A DNA stretch of 64,000 nucleotides from Podarcis filfolensis (Eukaryota): the NCBI GenBank assembly GCA_964270895.1, contig OZ185438.1; one strand, given 5' to 3'. A program made the translations under genes and the position numbers. The notes under the pieces are model-generated. The model had not been told where the DNA came from. It ran no database searches and saw only the letters and a program-made list of their open reading frames with translations. This document shows positions 24,939-36,991 of this stretch, piece after piece. The stretch's first letter is position 1. The number at the start of each line of letters is the position of its first letter.

Positions 24939-25297
24939 GGGACACGGGTGGCAGTGTCGGTTAAACCACAGAGCCTAGGGTTTGCTGATCAGAAGGTCGG
25001 CAGTTAGAATCCCTGCGACGGGGTGAGCTCCTGTTGCTCGGTCCCTGCTCCTGCCAACCTAGCAGTTCGAAAGCACGTCAAAGTGCAAGTAGATAAATAG
25101 GTACCGCTCTGGCGGGAAGGTAAACGGTGTTTCCGTGTGCTGCTCTGGTTCGCCAGAAGCGGCTTAGTCATGCTGGCCACATGACCTGGAAGTTGTACGC
25201 CGGCTCCCTCAGCCAATAAAGCGAGATGAGCGCCGCAACCCCAGAGTCGGTCACGACTGGACCTAATGGTCAGGGGTCCCTTTACCTTTACCTTTAT
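24939..25297 (+). mobile_element. Sauria SINE, full length
   Basis: Close to 7627-7976; 9-bp direct repeat tttacaatg at 24927-24935 and 25298-25306. Confidence 0.95.
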
Positions 25298-26195
25298 TTT
25301 ACAATGGTTGTTTGTAGTATCTTTGCAATGGAGTAAGATGGGAGGAAGCCAAAATGTTGTCTTGTGCCCTGCCTATGCAACATGATCTTCTAGTCACCCT
25401 GCCATGCCCAGAAGCAGCTGTTCACTGCTGAACAAAACCCACCCTCTACCAGCCCTCCTGGGCTAGGATTTCACAACAGGGGGAGGAAGATGCAAACATT
25501 CCCTTCTCTTGGTTGATGTGCAAAATACAGATTTTCTTTCTTCACTCACAGTCATAAGAAGAGACATTTTGCATGTTATTCTATTTTCTAAAAAACTAAA
25601 CCAGTGCACAAACCATTCTTCCTTAGAAATTGACAGCTTTATATTTGCATGAGGGTCAGAAGAACCAGTTTTTTTTTTAAATGGGAATATGGCATGCAAT
25701 GCTTTGTCCATGCAGATATTTGAAAGAAGAACATACATGCCAACAAGTACAGTTACCAATTATGTTAATATTAAGACATAAATCACCTTCCCCACCTCCT
25801 TTTTTTCCTCCCATTTTTGGCATCAGAAGCCCAGATGGAGTGTCTAGTGCATGACGACGTTGTTTGTTTTGCCTCTTTTTAAATGGAACCGATTTTTCCA
25901 TTGGTATTATAAAATGCCACCAAAATGATTTACAGAGATAATAACATATTGTGCAGGCGGGCTTCAATTCAAAATTGTCTTTTGAAATATCCTCCCAAAA
26001 TACCCTGCATATAAAGCATAGCTCTCTAATAGCCAGATGTCAGCTGTAAATCCCCATTTCTGGAGGAAATAATTATGACATGATCTGGAGTAATAGGCGA
26101 CTACATTACTTATTAAGAGCTAAAGTCATCAAAAATGTATGAAATTTGATATTCACATACACCCTTGCCCAGGAAGAAAAAAAGTAGAAACCTAC

Positions 26196-26342
26196 TTTCT
26201 GAAGCTTAGCTTTACACTCTTCCTTTAATAAATCCTTTCCATCTTCGTATAAATGCAACATCTTTTCCACCCATTTGAGCAGCTTAGAGTCAATAAGGCT
26301 GTCTGCTTTTTCTATATTTTTGTATACATCCCTTGTCATCAG
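26196..26342 (-). CDS. Candidate 147-nt exon LMTRDVYKNIEKADSLIDSKLLKWVEKMLHLYEDGKDLLKEECKAKLQK, gene unidentified
   Basis: 49 open codons in unique sequence, helical K/E/L-rich composition, tttag acceptor, aaa|gtaggt donor; the other two frames are closed. Confidence 0.55.
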
Positions 26343-27002
26343 CTAAACTTTAACATAGGCCATATTTAAAACTGGAAAAGTGCTGAAACACTAACTCCTA
26401 GTATACTGAGATGTGTTTCTTTGTTGGTTTTAAGTACCTATAAACAGCTTTTCCAAACATCAATAACTAATCTGCTGTTGTAGGTTCAGTTCCTCGAAAA
26501 GGTACAGACCATGTTCACATCTGTGACATACACATTTAATGTGCATTTGAAGTAGGTGGCTCCCCGCAAAGAATCCTGGGAATTGTAGTTTATTAAGGGT
26601 GCTGAGAATCGTAGCTCTGGGTAGAGTAGGTTACAGTTGCCAGGATTCTTCAGGGGAAGAATGTGCTTTGAATGTACTTTAGATGTAGGTGTAGATGTGA
26701 CCTATGTTGTCGATGCTGCCATTGCTGCCATGAATGGCACTAGACCAAGAGATCTTTGTAAAGGAGTGGACATCTGCATCAGGAAAGCCTACACTTGAGC
26801 AGCTGCTATTGCATAGGGACTTTCCTTGAGCCAGGTATTAGAGTGAGAGGAGAGCCAGGAGGTTTGGGACTGTCTTGCTGTCTCCGTCTGAATCTGTGCT
26901 CACACTAAGACTTTTAGACTCTAACCCTGTCCTGTAATGTCCTCCTTCTCCTGACCCCCCCTTGATTGCTCAACACTCCTTGCTACTAGCACCTTCCAAC
27001 TC

Positions 27003-27635
27003 TTGAAAGACCTACACTGGCTCCCAGTATGTTTCTGTTGGTGCTCACCTTTAAAGCGCTAAATGGCCTCGGTCCAGTATACCTGAAGGAGCGTCTCCAC
27101 CCCCATCGTTCTGCCTGGACATTGAGGTCCAGTGCTGAGGGCCTTCTGGCAGCTCCCCCGCTACGAGAAGCCAAGTTACAGGGAACCAGGCAGAGGGCCT
27201 TCTCGGTAGTGGCACCTGCCCTGTGGAACGCCCTCCCACCAGACGTCAAAGAGAACAGCAACTACCAGACTTTTAGAAGACATCTGAAGGCAGCCCTGTT
27301 TAGGGAAGCTTTTAATGTTTAATAGGTTACAGTGGTACCTCAGGTTACATACGCTTCAGGTTACATATGCTTCAGGTTACAGACTCCGCTAACCCAGAAA
27401 TGGTACCTTGGGTTAAGAACTTTGCTTCAGGATGAGAACAGAAATTGCACAGCAGCAACGGGAGGCCCCATTAGCTGAAGAAGTGCTTCAGGTTAAGAAC
27501 AGTTTCAGGTTAATTCAACCTCCGGAACGAATTAAGTATGTAACCAGAGGTACCACTGTATTGTATTTTAATATTCTGTTGGAAGCCGCCCAGAGTGGCT
27601 GGGGAAACCCAGCCAGATGGGCGGGGTATAAATAA

Positions 27636-27685
<50 letters not shown>

Positions 27686-27686
27686 C
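27003..27686 (+). mobile_element. L2 LINE 3' end interrupted by a Tigger-type MITE
   Basis: LKDLHWLPV then FKALNGLGPVYL...RAFSVVAPALWNALP...FRRHLKAALF; (TAT)n tail. Confidence 0.92.
27330..27558. mobile_element. Tigger/pogo-type MITE nested in L2
   Basis: TIRs with TA TSD; the L2 3' UTR resumes afterwards. Confidence 0.92.
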
Positions 27687-28870
27687 ATCCCTTCTTCAGA
27701 CTGCTCTTTAGTGTCCCACCACCACAATCCAGGATCTCAGTCATCATCTTTTGTGTCTTCCCAGCAGCGGGCTGCTCCCACTACTCTTCCTCATCCAACC
27801 GTTTCCTGACAGTAATGAGCATTGATACTTTTCCAGTAAATACCATTGACAAGGGCCTTTGGGAATACTGAGCTGAAAATTAGCAATTAGCAAATATTCT
27901 CTGGAGTAAGACAACAACACTATCCCACATACTAAGTCCCATTGAATTCAATGAGATTTACTTCGGCGTAGACATGTTTAGTATTGCACTGTAAATTAAA
28001 AGTTAAACAAGGACTTGGGATTCCTTGCTTGTTACACATGCTCACTGACTTCAAATGTATTTAAAGAATTTCACATGGACTGGGAGTGGGCCATCAAATC
28101 AATGTAATTCTGATGAAAAGAGCAATACGTGTTTTAATGGCCTGTTGCATGTTGAAGCATCTTGGTTACAATTATGAAAAGGAGAAAACCTTCCCAATGG
28201 CCACCTTTGCAGATAAAGTGAATTACCAGTCTGCAAACATTTGCCACATTCATCCACTGTATTTGCTGGTGTCACAATGATGGTAGGAAGGAACTGAATT
28301 AGACATAGCCCTTCATACTCAAATCCATACAATGATAATCCCACATAAGCAAAAGCTCATTCTATTCATCAGTCTAGAGATTCATAGATCTTCAAGCTCC
28401 GACAGCTTTGTATACTCAGCAAATGCAGTTTAAAGAGCATGCATGTGGTTTAGAGGTGCCAGAGTGAGCAGTGATTATTCTACAAACACCTTTGAAGGTT
28501 TGATGAAATGTCAAAATCTATGAATGTGCATAGTTCAAAAAGGTGGGGTTATTATTTTGGGGGCTGTGAGTAATGCTTGCTAAAAGCACCGCTATGCTAC
28601 TTTCTTCACTAAGTGTTTAGGAAATTGTGATGATGTATAAGTGGCTAAGAAATGGCAACACTCATGAAAGGCCAGGAGGCAGCTTAGGAAGTCGGTTGGG
28701 GTGAGGTGGGAGGACAGACTTTCATTATTAGGCATTTTAATCCAATTCATGTTTTCAGGACAGGCGATCATCTCCAATTGAGGAAAATTTCCCAGGTCTC
28801 CAATTGTTAAAACCTGTGGGTCTCGTCCTTCTGTCTTCCTGTAAGCTCAATAACTTTCTCAGTCCTTAAA

Positions 28871-29066
28871 GGAAATGGCTATATCTCATTACTAGAGCAT
28901 CTGCTTTGCACGCAGAAGGTCAAAGCTTCAACCCCTGGCATCTCCAGGTAGGACTAGCAACCATCCCTTGTCTGAAATGCTGGAGAGCTTCTGCCAGTCA
29001 ATGTAAATAATACTAAGCAAAATGGACCAATGGTCTGACTCAGTATAAGGTAGCTCCCTATGTTTC
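28871..29066 (+). mobile_element. Squam2-like tRNA-derived SINE with CR1-like tail
   Basis: tRNA-like head (tagagcatctgctttgcacgcagaagg...) and 3' end atggaccaatggtctgactcagtataagg. Confidence 0.7.
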
Positions 29067-29258
29067 TTCTCCCAATCACAGAGAAGCAAAAGATGCACAG
29101 TTCCCCATGACACCACCACCACCACCACCACCACCACTCCCTTGTCCTTCACAATGGGGGAGAGTTTGTTCCCCTCACCTTAAGAGAAAAAGCTTTGTGA
29201 GACTTCTTTCTAAGAGGGGAAGAGAAAAGACATCAATGTCCATGAGTGGCCAATCAGT

Positions 29259-29821
29259 TGTTGTTGTTGTTTAGTCATTTAGTCGTGTCCGACTCTTTGT
29301 GACCCCATGGACCAGAGCACGCCAGGCACTCCTGTCTTCCACTGCCTCCCGCAGTTTGGTCAAACTCATGCTGGTAGCTTCGAGAACACTATCCAACCAT
29401 CTCGTCCTCTGTCGTCCCCTTCTCCTTGTGCCCTCCATCTTTCCCAACATCATGGTCTTTTCCAGGGAGTCTTCTCTTCTGATGAGGTGGCCAAAGTATT
29501 GGAGCCTCAGCTTCACGATCTGTCCTTCCAATGACCACTTAGGGCTGATTTCCTTCAGAATGGATAGGTTTGATCTTCTTGCAGTCCATGGGATTCTCAA
29601 GAGTCTCCTCCAGCACCATAATTCAAAAGCATCAATTCTTCGGCGATCAGCCTTCTTTATGGTCCAGCTTTCACTTCCATACATCACTACTGGGAAAACC
29701 ATAGCTTTTACTATACGGACCTTTGTTGGCAAGGTGATGTCTCTACTTTTTAAGATGCTGTCTAGGTTTGTCATTGCTTTTCTCCCAAGAAGCAGGCGTC
29801 TTTTAATTTCGTGGCTGCTGT
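29259..29821 (-). mobile_element. RTE-BovB LINE 3' 563 bp with uninterrupted ORF
   Basis: 184-aa ORF EIKRRLLLGRKAMTNL...VMYGSESWT...FELWCWRRLL...TRLND; 9-bp TSD ccaatcagt at 29250-29258 and 29822-29830. Confidence 0.97.
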
Positions 29822-30816
29822 CCAATCAGTGGATGGCCTCAAAGAGACCTGTGACACCCTGTGCCTGAAGATTCCTGCTGACCCACCAGAGAAGTATTAA
29901 CTTAGCAAGTATCCTCTAAGGAACCGAGTATTCTTTTGGTTGTGACTGGTTGGCTTTTGTTGCAGCTTTTCTTCCCATCTGCTCCATACTTCTCCTCTTT
30001 CCTGGGTGAGATAACACTTCATTGGCTGCTTATTTTTTTGTCAAGAATTTGGCATTTGACAACTCTGATGCAGTTGTCCATCGCCATTACTGGTCAGAGT
30101 CCGAATGCACTTAAAGTGAGGGCTATCTTAGCAACCATCTTAGATTCCCAATCATGTGAATTGAGAGGTTCTGATGCTCTGGAGACCTGAAGGACCCACT
30201 TTGTTGAAAGCTGGACAGTAGTAGCAGGATGGAGAAAGCAGGTGCCCCCTCTTCATGGTGAGCTGGCAAATGAAATGTTCACATTCAACTAAGAACCACT
30301 TAGTTGCTGAGCTTCAAGCCAGGGTGGATTTGCCCAGAGGGAAAGACAAGGGGAATTTTTATTACATCCTCATTGTCTCTACAAAGTGGGAGTTCCACAG
30401 CTAATGTATTGCTGCAGATCCTGAGTTATTTAACAGTTGTGACCTTTGCTACCATATTCCTATCTCATGTGTTTTCACTCTGGCATGCCTGGAGCAATAT
30501 TGTACAGTTTCATTCTTAATCAAGATGTAGAGTTAACTTTCTAAAAGGATTAATATTCTTTTTCAAAAACAAGACAAAATAGATACTCAAGGCAGAGACC
30601 CATTCATCCAGCTGGAAAAGTCCATTGGAATAAATAAAATATCTCTAATTCTTTCCAGAAAGTACTTGTCATATATTGATGGGAATGCTATTCTACAGAA
30701 AAGGGGATTTCTAATATGAAGATAACAATATGCCATATTATAATTCTACTTTGGTGGTCATTCCTCAATGAACAGTGTGTGTGAGTGAGTGTGTGTGTGT
30801 GTGTGTGTGTGTGATA

Positions 30817-31329
30817 TCATAGAATTATAGAGTTGGAGACTGTCCGCAGGCAATGGCTTCCACCTGCCTTACTACACCCCCCCAGCACTGGGAGCCATTC
30901 ACAGACCATGACTTTAAGAACAGCAGAGGCAGCTGGGAGGAGAGTTCAGGGATAGGTTTTTGTTTTGCTTTGTTTTAAATATTTTTTAAGCTGTGTGTCT
31001 TTGTTTCTGAATTTAATCCTTCCACATCATTTTGTGTGATATGTGGTATTTTGTGTATTGTGATTTGCTGCTATTTTTATCAATTATAGATGAGTAATTC
31101 TTTATTGTAATTGATGAGTGCAAATAAATTATTACTTGCTGATGTTTACTTTTGTGTTTGCTGTTGGATTCGAATGCATTATTGCACATTGCTTTATTTG
31201 GTATAAGTTGTTTATTTTAAAGTCATTGTGACTTTTTATATAGGATCTGATTGTTACTGTTAATGCTTGATGTTTGTGTGTGTTGGAAGCTGCCCAGAGT
31301 GGCTGGGGTGACTCAACCAGATGGGTGGG

Positions 31330-31373
<44 letters not shown>

Positions 31374-31780
31374 GTCCAACCCCCTGCAATGCAGGAATCT
31401 CAACTAAAGCATCCATGAAAAGCAGCCACCCAGCTTCTGTTTAGAAACTTTCAGTGAAGAAGAGTCCACCACCTTCTGGAGAAGTCTGTTGCTTCACTGT
31501 CAAATAGCTCTTACCATCAGAAAGGTCTTTCTGATGCTTAGTTGGCATCTCATTTCTTGTAGCTTGAAGCCATTGGTCCAGGTCCTACTATGTGGAGCAG
31601 GGAAAAAATAAGCTTGCTCCATATTCCATGTGACAGCCCTTTAGATATTTGAAGATGGCTATCATAACTCCTGCCAGTCTGCTCTTATCCAGGCTAAACA
31701 TACAACAACTCCCTCAACCATTCCTCATAAGACTTGGTTATAAGACACTTGACCATCTTGGTCTTACTCCAAAAGTCTGG
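30817..31780 (-). mobile_element. CR1 3' fragment split by an L2-tailed insertion
   Basis: catagaattatagagttgga at 30817 resumes as tagtccaacccc at about 31372; an L2 terminus ggaagctgcccagagtggctgggg plus (AAT)n lies at 31287-31372. Confidence 0.65.
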
Positions 31781-33179
31781 GTTAGGTTTTAAAGCACTGG
31801 AAGCTTCTTTGACCATGTGGAATTAGTTGCAAGAGTCTTCAGATATTGTCTAATTGTTGTAACCAAATGGATTCCTTCATACAGGGGTGTGTGTAAGTAC
31901 CCAATCAATGAATTAGGAGGCACCGGAAAATAAATCTGGGGCCAAATATAGATGAAATGGCTTCCATATATACACCAGGGATTTTCACGCACCCATTTAA
32001 AACCAAAAACAGAACACTTAAAGTAATAATTCATGAAAAGTCACATGTGAGGATAGAAAGACCCTTCAGTGCAGTATCCATTGCAGTACAAAGCTACATC
32101 TGTTCATGACTAATATCTGTAGGAACTTTTGCACTAGGTTTGCAGGAGTCTGGCTCAAAAATCTAGGACTAAGCCGCCATTGTAAAATATTTAAGCTGAA
32201 TAGATATTCTAGGACAAAAAATGTAGCCATGAGTGGCTTGGGATGATTAATAGTTCAGAAGCTGAAATTGGTCATAGTGTAGCATGACAACGCACAGGTA
32301 CTCATCAAATTGTCACCCATCCAGAGCGACAGTTTCCGATTTCAGACTAGTGCTACACTGTCACTCATCTCATTTGAAATGTCACTCATAAGCAGAGCTT
32401 CAGTGGATGAAGTGCTGTTCTGGTGGCAACTTCTTTCACTTTCTGGATTGTTGAGCCTTCTGATAGGAATGGTTGAGCATGGTGCTTCTGAGAATGCTAC
32501 AAATTTTGCAGCCAGTCACCAAACCCGCGAGAAGTTAAAGTACTTCAAAAGGAGGGGGTGTTTCTAGGTGAATGCCCTTGATTGTCATACACAGATGAAG
32601 AAGGGACCAGTAGAATCACAAATATTTAATTCATGGATGAAAGTTTTGGGTCAATTCCACTGCTGCTGTGGGGTGTGTCAATATTCTGAACGATTTGGCA
32701 CTTCTCCTTTTTTAGCTATTAGTCCTGCTACCGAACTTCTATTTCCACCAACTATTATCTATTTTTGCCTCCAGCTTATATGATAAAGCACACCTGCAGA
32801 ATGAAGAAATGCTATTTTCAACCCTCACTCCATATTAACCTGTTTACATATTGTGACAGAAATCTTCTGACAGTTATGTGTATACATAATTTTATGGCAG
32901 TCCAGCTAGGGATATCTGTGCATGGAAGCAAGCATTTTTGTTTGAGAGGTGTGGTTTGTTTGTTTTTTAAATAGTCCAAGAGCATCTGTTTTTGCACAGA
33001 GAAGCTCAGTAAGGAAATAGCATTAAGCTGGATGAAGAGCCGTATACACAAATCGGAGCCACTCTGGGCTGGATCTTTCAGCTGGGATTCTGTATAAGGG
33101 ACCTTCTCCCAGGCATTTGGAGTAAATTAGCAACTACTTTGGTTATATTCTTAATTACTCATTTCACCCATTTCAGTTC

Positions 33180-33400
33180 TACCTATTTCTACATCAGTGT
33201 GAGATTTATTTATTTTTTAGAAGTCCTCATGGAAATTTATGCTTCTATACATATATTTTTTTGCAAAGCAATTTCCCCCCAATATAATCCATTTCGGATG
33301 TTATTTCACTACATAGCATGTGTATTTTTGTTCACATTAGTTGACTGAAAAACTGCATTGCAAAATTCAGAGAAGTGTGAGTATTGAAGGATGGTTGTGT
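33180..33400. repeat. Unclassified old dispersed repeat, same family as 5770 and 63700
   Basis: Shared core aaactgcattgcaaaattcagagaagtg. Confidence 0.6.
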
Positions 33401-34559
33401 TTAGTGGAATCCTCTCTTCACTCCTGCTAGTCAAAAAGAGAGGGGGGCAATTCTGATTCCATTTCCAATGAAATTCCATTCACAATTGCAGCGTGTATAT
33501 GTTTTACCACCACACAGTGGTACTGATTCAGTTTGCCCCACTAATTTTTATAAAAATCAGCTACACAAAGGACATGCCAAATATCACACACAGTTTGATC
33601 ATTATATATCAAAGAATAAAGCAAGATTGAGCAAAACAGACAGGATTCATTATTCATAGAGATTAATTAAGGAAGCAGATATTATTTTCTGTGAAACAGT
33701 ATATACTGATAGTTGCTGCATGCTATTTTGTGTATGTGGATGGGTGATGGGGGGAAGTTGTAATAAATTTAGAGAATCAAGTTGGAGGTATGCGAGACAC
33801 AGGGCAAAATGCATGTGAGACAGAGGGCCCTGGAAGAATCTAAACTCATCACAAATGACAGCTTTACAGAAGGTGATAAGTATGACATTTCTCAACTTGC
33901 CTGGGAGCAGGTCTTCAAGACGGGTCTGTAGCTGCTCGCATTTCATACAGCTGTACAAAGTCTGATCCCTTCCTGTGTCAAATGCTATAAACACTGGAAG
34001 CATGTTGTCTTGCCTTCTGCATGGGCATGTTTTAAAGAATTTCATCAAAAGGAAGCCACAACAGTTTATCTGAAAATATGCCAGATGACAAGCTCCCAGG
34101 GAACTGAGCAGCCTTGCAGAGTCCTTGGCAATTAGCCTCTGGGTCTTTTGGCTTCACTTTCCTTTGGCTTCACCCACTTTCCATGTTTTCCTTCATAATG
34201 TGTGTAACGTTGAAAACATCTGTCTCACCGTCTCAGGGCAATCAACAGCCAATGATGATAAATTCCCAAATGTCATGAAGAAATTGTGTTTCCAGCAAAA
34301 AGAAACTGTCTTTGTCTTTCTTTGCCCACTAGTTGAATAAGAACCAATCATCAACTGTGAAAACGGAGGAGCTGGGAGAATGAAGTGACAACCTTTAAAG
34401 CAAGGGGGAAGCCATCCAGATGCCATCAAACTGCAATTTCCATCAGCAGTGGTGGACTTGGGTACTATGGTGCCCTGTGGAAGGCCAATCCCCCCACCCC
34501 TCAAGCCCTTGCACTGCTTTCTGAAAGGTGGATGAAGAGGTGACTGGCCCAGAGAAAGC

Positions 34560-35170
34560 ATTATCTAGGGTTTGGGAAGGAGGCGGGAGGACTCCCTGTC
34601 GGAGTGTCAGGGACTAGCTAGATGACAAAAAGTGCTGGAGACCGCCTGACCAAGAGGCCTCCATGGAAAGTGCAGAAAAGGACATTTTGGATCCAGGTTC
34701 ATGGTGGTGGGAGACAGGACACACCCCAGAGGAGGAGGAGAGCTAGGAGATACTGGAGGATGAGAAACAGGGGGAAACAAGCAGATGCTCCAGCCCTGAG
34801 CAAAAGCAGGAGTCAAGCTTAATAGATGCAACACGGGCACCAGCTGACAGGGTGTCTGTTGAAAACCTGCCAGCTTCTCCTCCCTCCCCTAAAACATGGC
34901 AGTTCTGCTCCACGTAACAGAGCAGAAAACTAGGCAGAAACAGAGAGGGTCCCTTGGGACTTGCCATAGGCAGTGGGAGGGATCTGACAAATAGAAAGTA
35001 GACTAGATGGGGAGGAGCAAATCACTCTGAGCAACAGTTTACGGTGAGGAGTATACTTCATGAATCTCCACATGTTTCTGTTTTGATTCTAAATAAAAGC
35101 TGCTAGCGGTACGTTCGTTGTGTGACGTTCTCTCTCTCTGCTCTTCGCTAGTTTTGCTTCCTGTCAAGCT
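34560..35170 (+). mobile_element. LTR-like repeat, boundaries uncertain
   Basis: Purine-rich body, AATAAA at about 35092, imperfect inverted ends tgtcaggga / ttcctgtca; no TSD. Confidence 0.5.
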
Positions 35171-35712
35171 TCCCTGTGATGCAGAGCCTTTGTGCCTTCT
35201 TCAATGAGCTTTGAGATGGTGTTCACACGGCCCTAAATCCACCCATGCCATCCGCCTCAGCCAGCATGGCCAGAGGATGATAGGCTTCGTAGTCAAACAA
35301 CACCTGGAGGGTCACAGGCTCCCCTTCCATGCTGTAAAACAGGATATGACTGGCTGCATGACACCTGACAGAGATTACATGAACAAGTTTCCTTTTGAGG
35401 TGGGATCCTGTATACATTTCTTAGGTCTGTCAGATCTAGGAACTGTATGGTAATGGAAGAAAAGTGCTTGTCTTGTACAAGCAAAACTAGCCACTTTAAA
35501 TGTCATTGTGTCCAGCTTGCACCAATCAGGTCAGATGGTCAAGATTTTCAAAAATTTCAGCAGTAGAAAATGAGAGGGATTCCTAAGTCTATAACTGAAT
35601 GTGTGTTTGGAGCAATCTTTTTATAAACAAAAGGTGTGTGCATTCACGGATATTTTTACTAGTATTCGTGGCACAAATTGGTATTGTTGCTTCCCAAGAT
35701 ATCCTTAATTTT

Positions 35713-35775
35713 CTGTTGCTGTTGTTGCTGTTGTTGCTGTTGTTGCTGCTGTTGCTGCTGTTGCTGCTGTTGCTG
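35713..35775. repeat. Interrupted (CTG/TTG)21 tract, which reads (CAG/CAA)21 on the minus strand
   Basis: Direct reading; 9-bp higher-order periodicity. Confidence 0.95.
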
Positions 35776-36640
35776 CTTTCTTTCCAGGGTAATTTCTGGC
35801 TCTGCGACCATGATAAATATGAAAAAAAACTTACTTCTGAATATATATATATTTTTAATGAGATATAATTAATTGATGAGTCTTTGGATATGTTCCAACT
35901 AATTCTACCCTTCTAACATTTTTATTTTCTATACTAGAACGCCAAGGCAACAACTCAATATGTTGGTTTTACAAAAGGTTATTTAATGCACTTTGCCTTC
36001 CTTTCCAAAACATTTGATTTCTTTAGTTTAGTGCCAAATGCAGTTTATTTTGAAAGTCGCTATGACCACAAAAATAAATTTCCCTAGAAACATAAATAAT
36101 CCTCTTATCAAGAGTACCACCTAAGCTTCCTGTCTGCTTGTCATCATAAACAGATTTTTTTCCCTAATGCCAGGAATTTCTCTGTCTCCTTCTTTTTCAA
36201 AGAAAATGTTGTGGTAAGAATTTATATTTTCATGAACACCAGTAAAGGGATATGCAAGAAAGGCCAAATAAGATTCAAAACACCAAATACAATAATGGGG
36301 TGGATGAGTGCTAATACCCTGAAATTGAGGGTTTGAGTTGGTTTCTACTCACCTCTGTAGTAGATCTCTGCATCTCCCTTGCAGTTCAATGCTATTTTGT
36401 CCAGGGTCTTCTTTCTGATCTTTTCGGCTGCCAGAGCAAAAAAGGGCTAATTTGTGAATCACTGAAATGTTTACATCACTAAGAAGCCATACGGCCTTCT
36501 CTGCCAGGAAGAGGCATCTTTCCTGTACAGGTGGTAGGGTAAGAAATCACCTCCTTGGTCCAGTGTATAGTGGGCAAATCTGTAGTATAAACCCTTACAA
36601 CTGGGAAACACTGACTTGCGAGTGCTCCAGTTGGAAAATA

Positions 36641-36991
36641 AAAGGTAAAGGGACCCCTGACCATTAGGTCCAGTCATGGCCGACTCTGGGGTTGCGGCGT
36701 TCATCTCGCTTTATTGGATGAGGGAGCCGGCGTACAGCTTCCAGGTCCTGTGGCCAGCATGACTAAGCCGCTTCTGGCGGAACAGAGCAGCACACGGAAA
36801 CGCCGTTTACCTTCCCGCCGGAGTGGTACCTATTTAACTACTTGCACTTTGACGTGCTTTCGAACTGCTAGGTTGGCAGGAGCAGGGACCAAGCAACGGG
36901 TGCTCACTCCGTCATGGGTATTCGAACCGCCGACCTTCTGATCGGCAAGTCCTAGGCTCTGTGGTTTAACCCACAGCGCCACCCGCGTCCC
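36641..36991 (-). mobile_element. Sauria SINE, full length
   Basis: Close reverse complement of 7627-7976. Confidence 0.95.

Noticed and set aside
28871-28960. tRNA genes suggested by A/B boxes (also at 7627, 52640 and 55400)
   Set aside because: These are SINE heads followed by LINE-derived tails; no complete cloverleaf or terminator.
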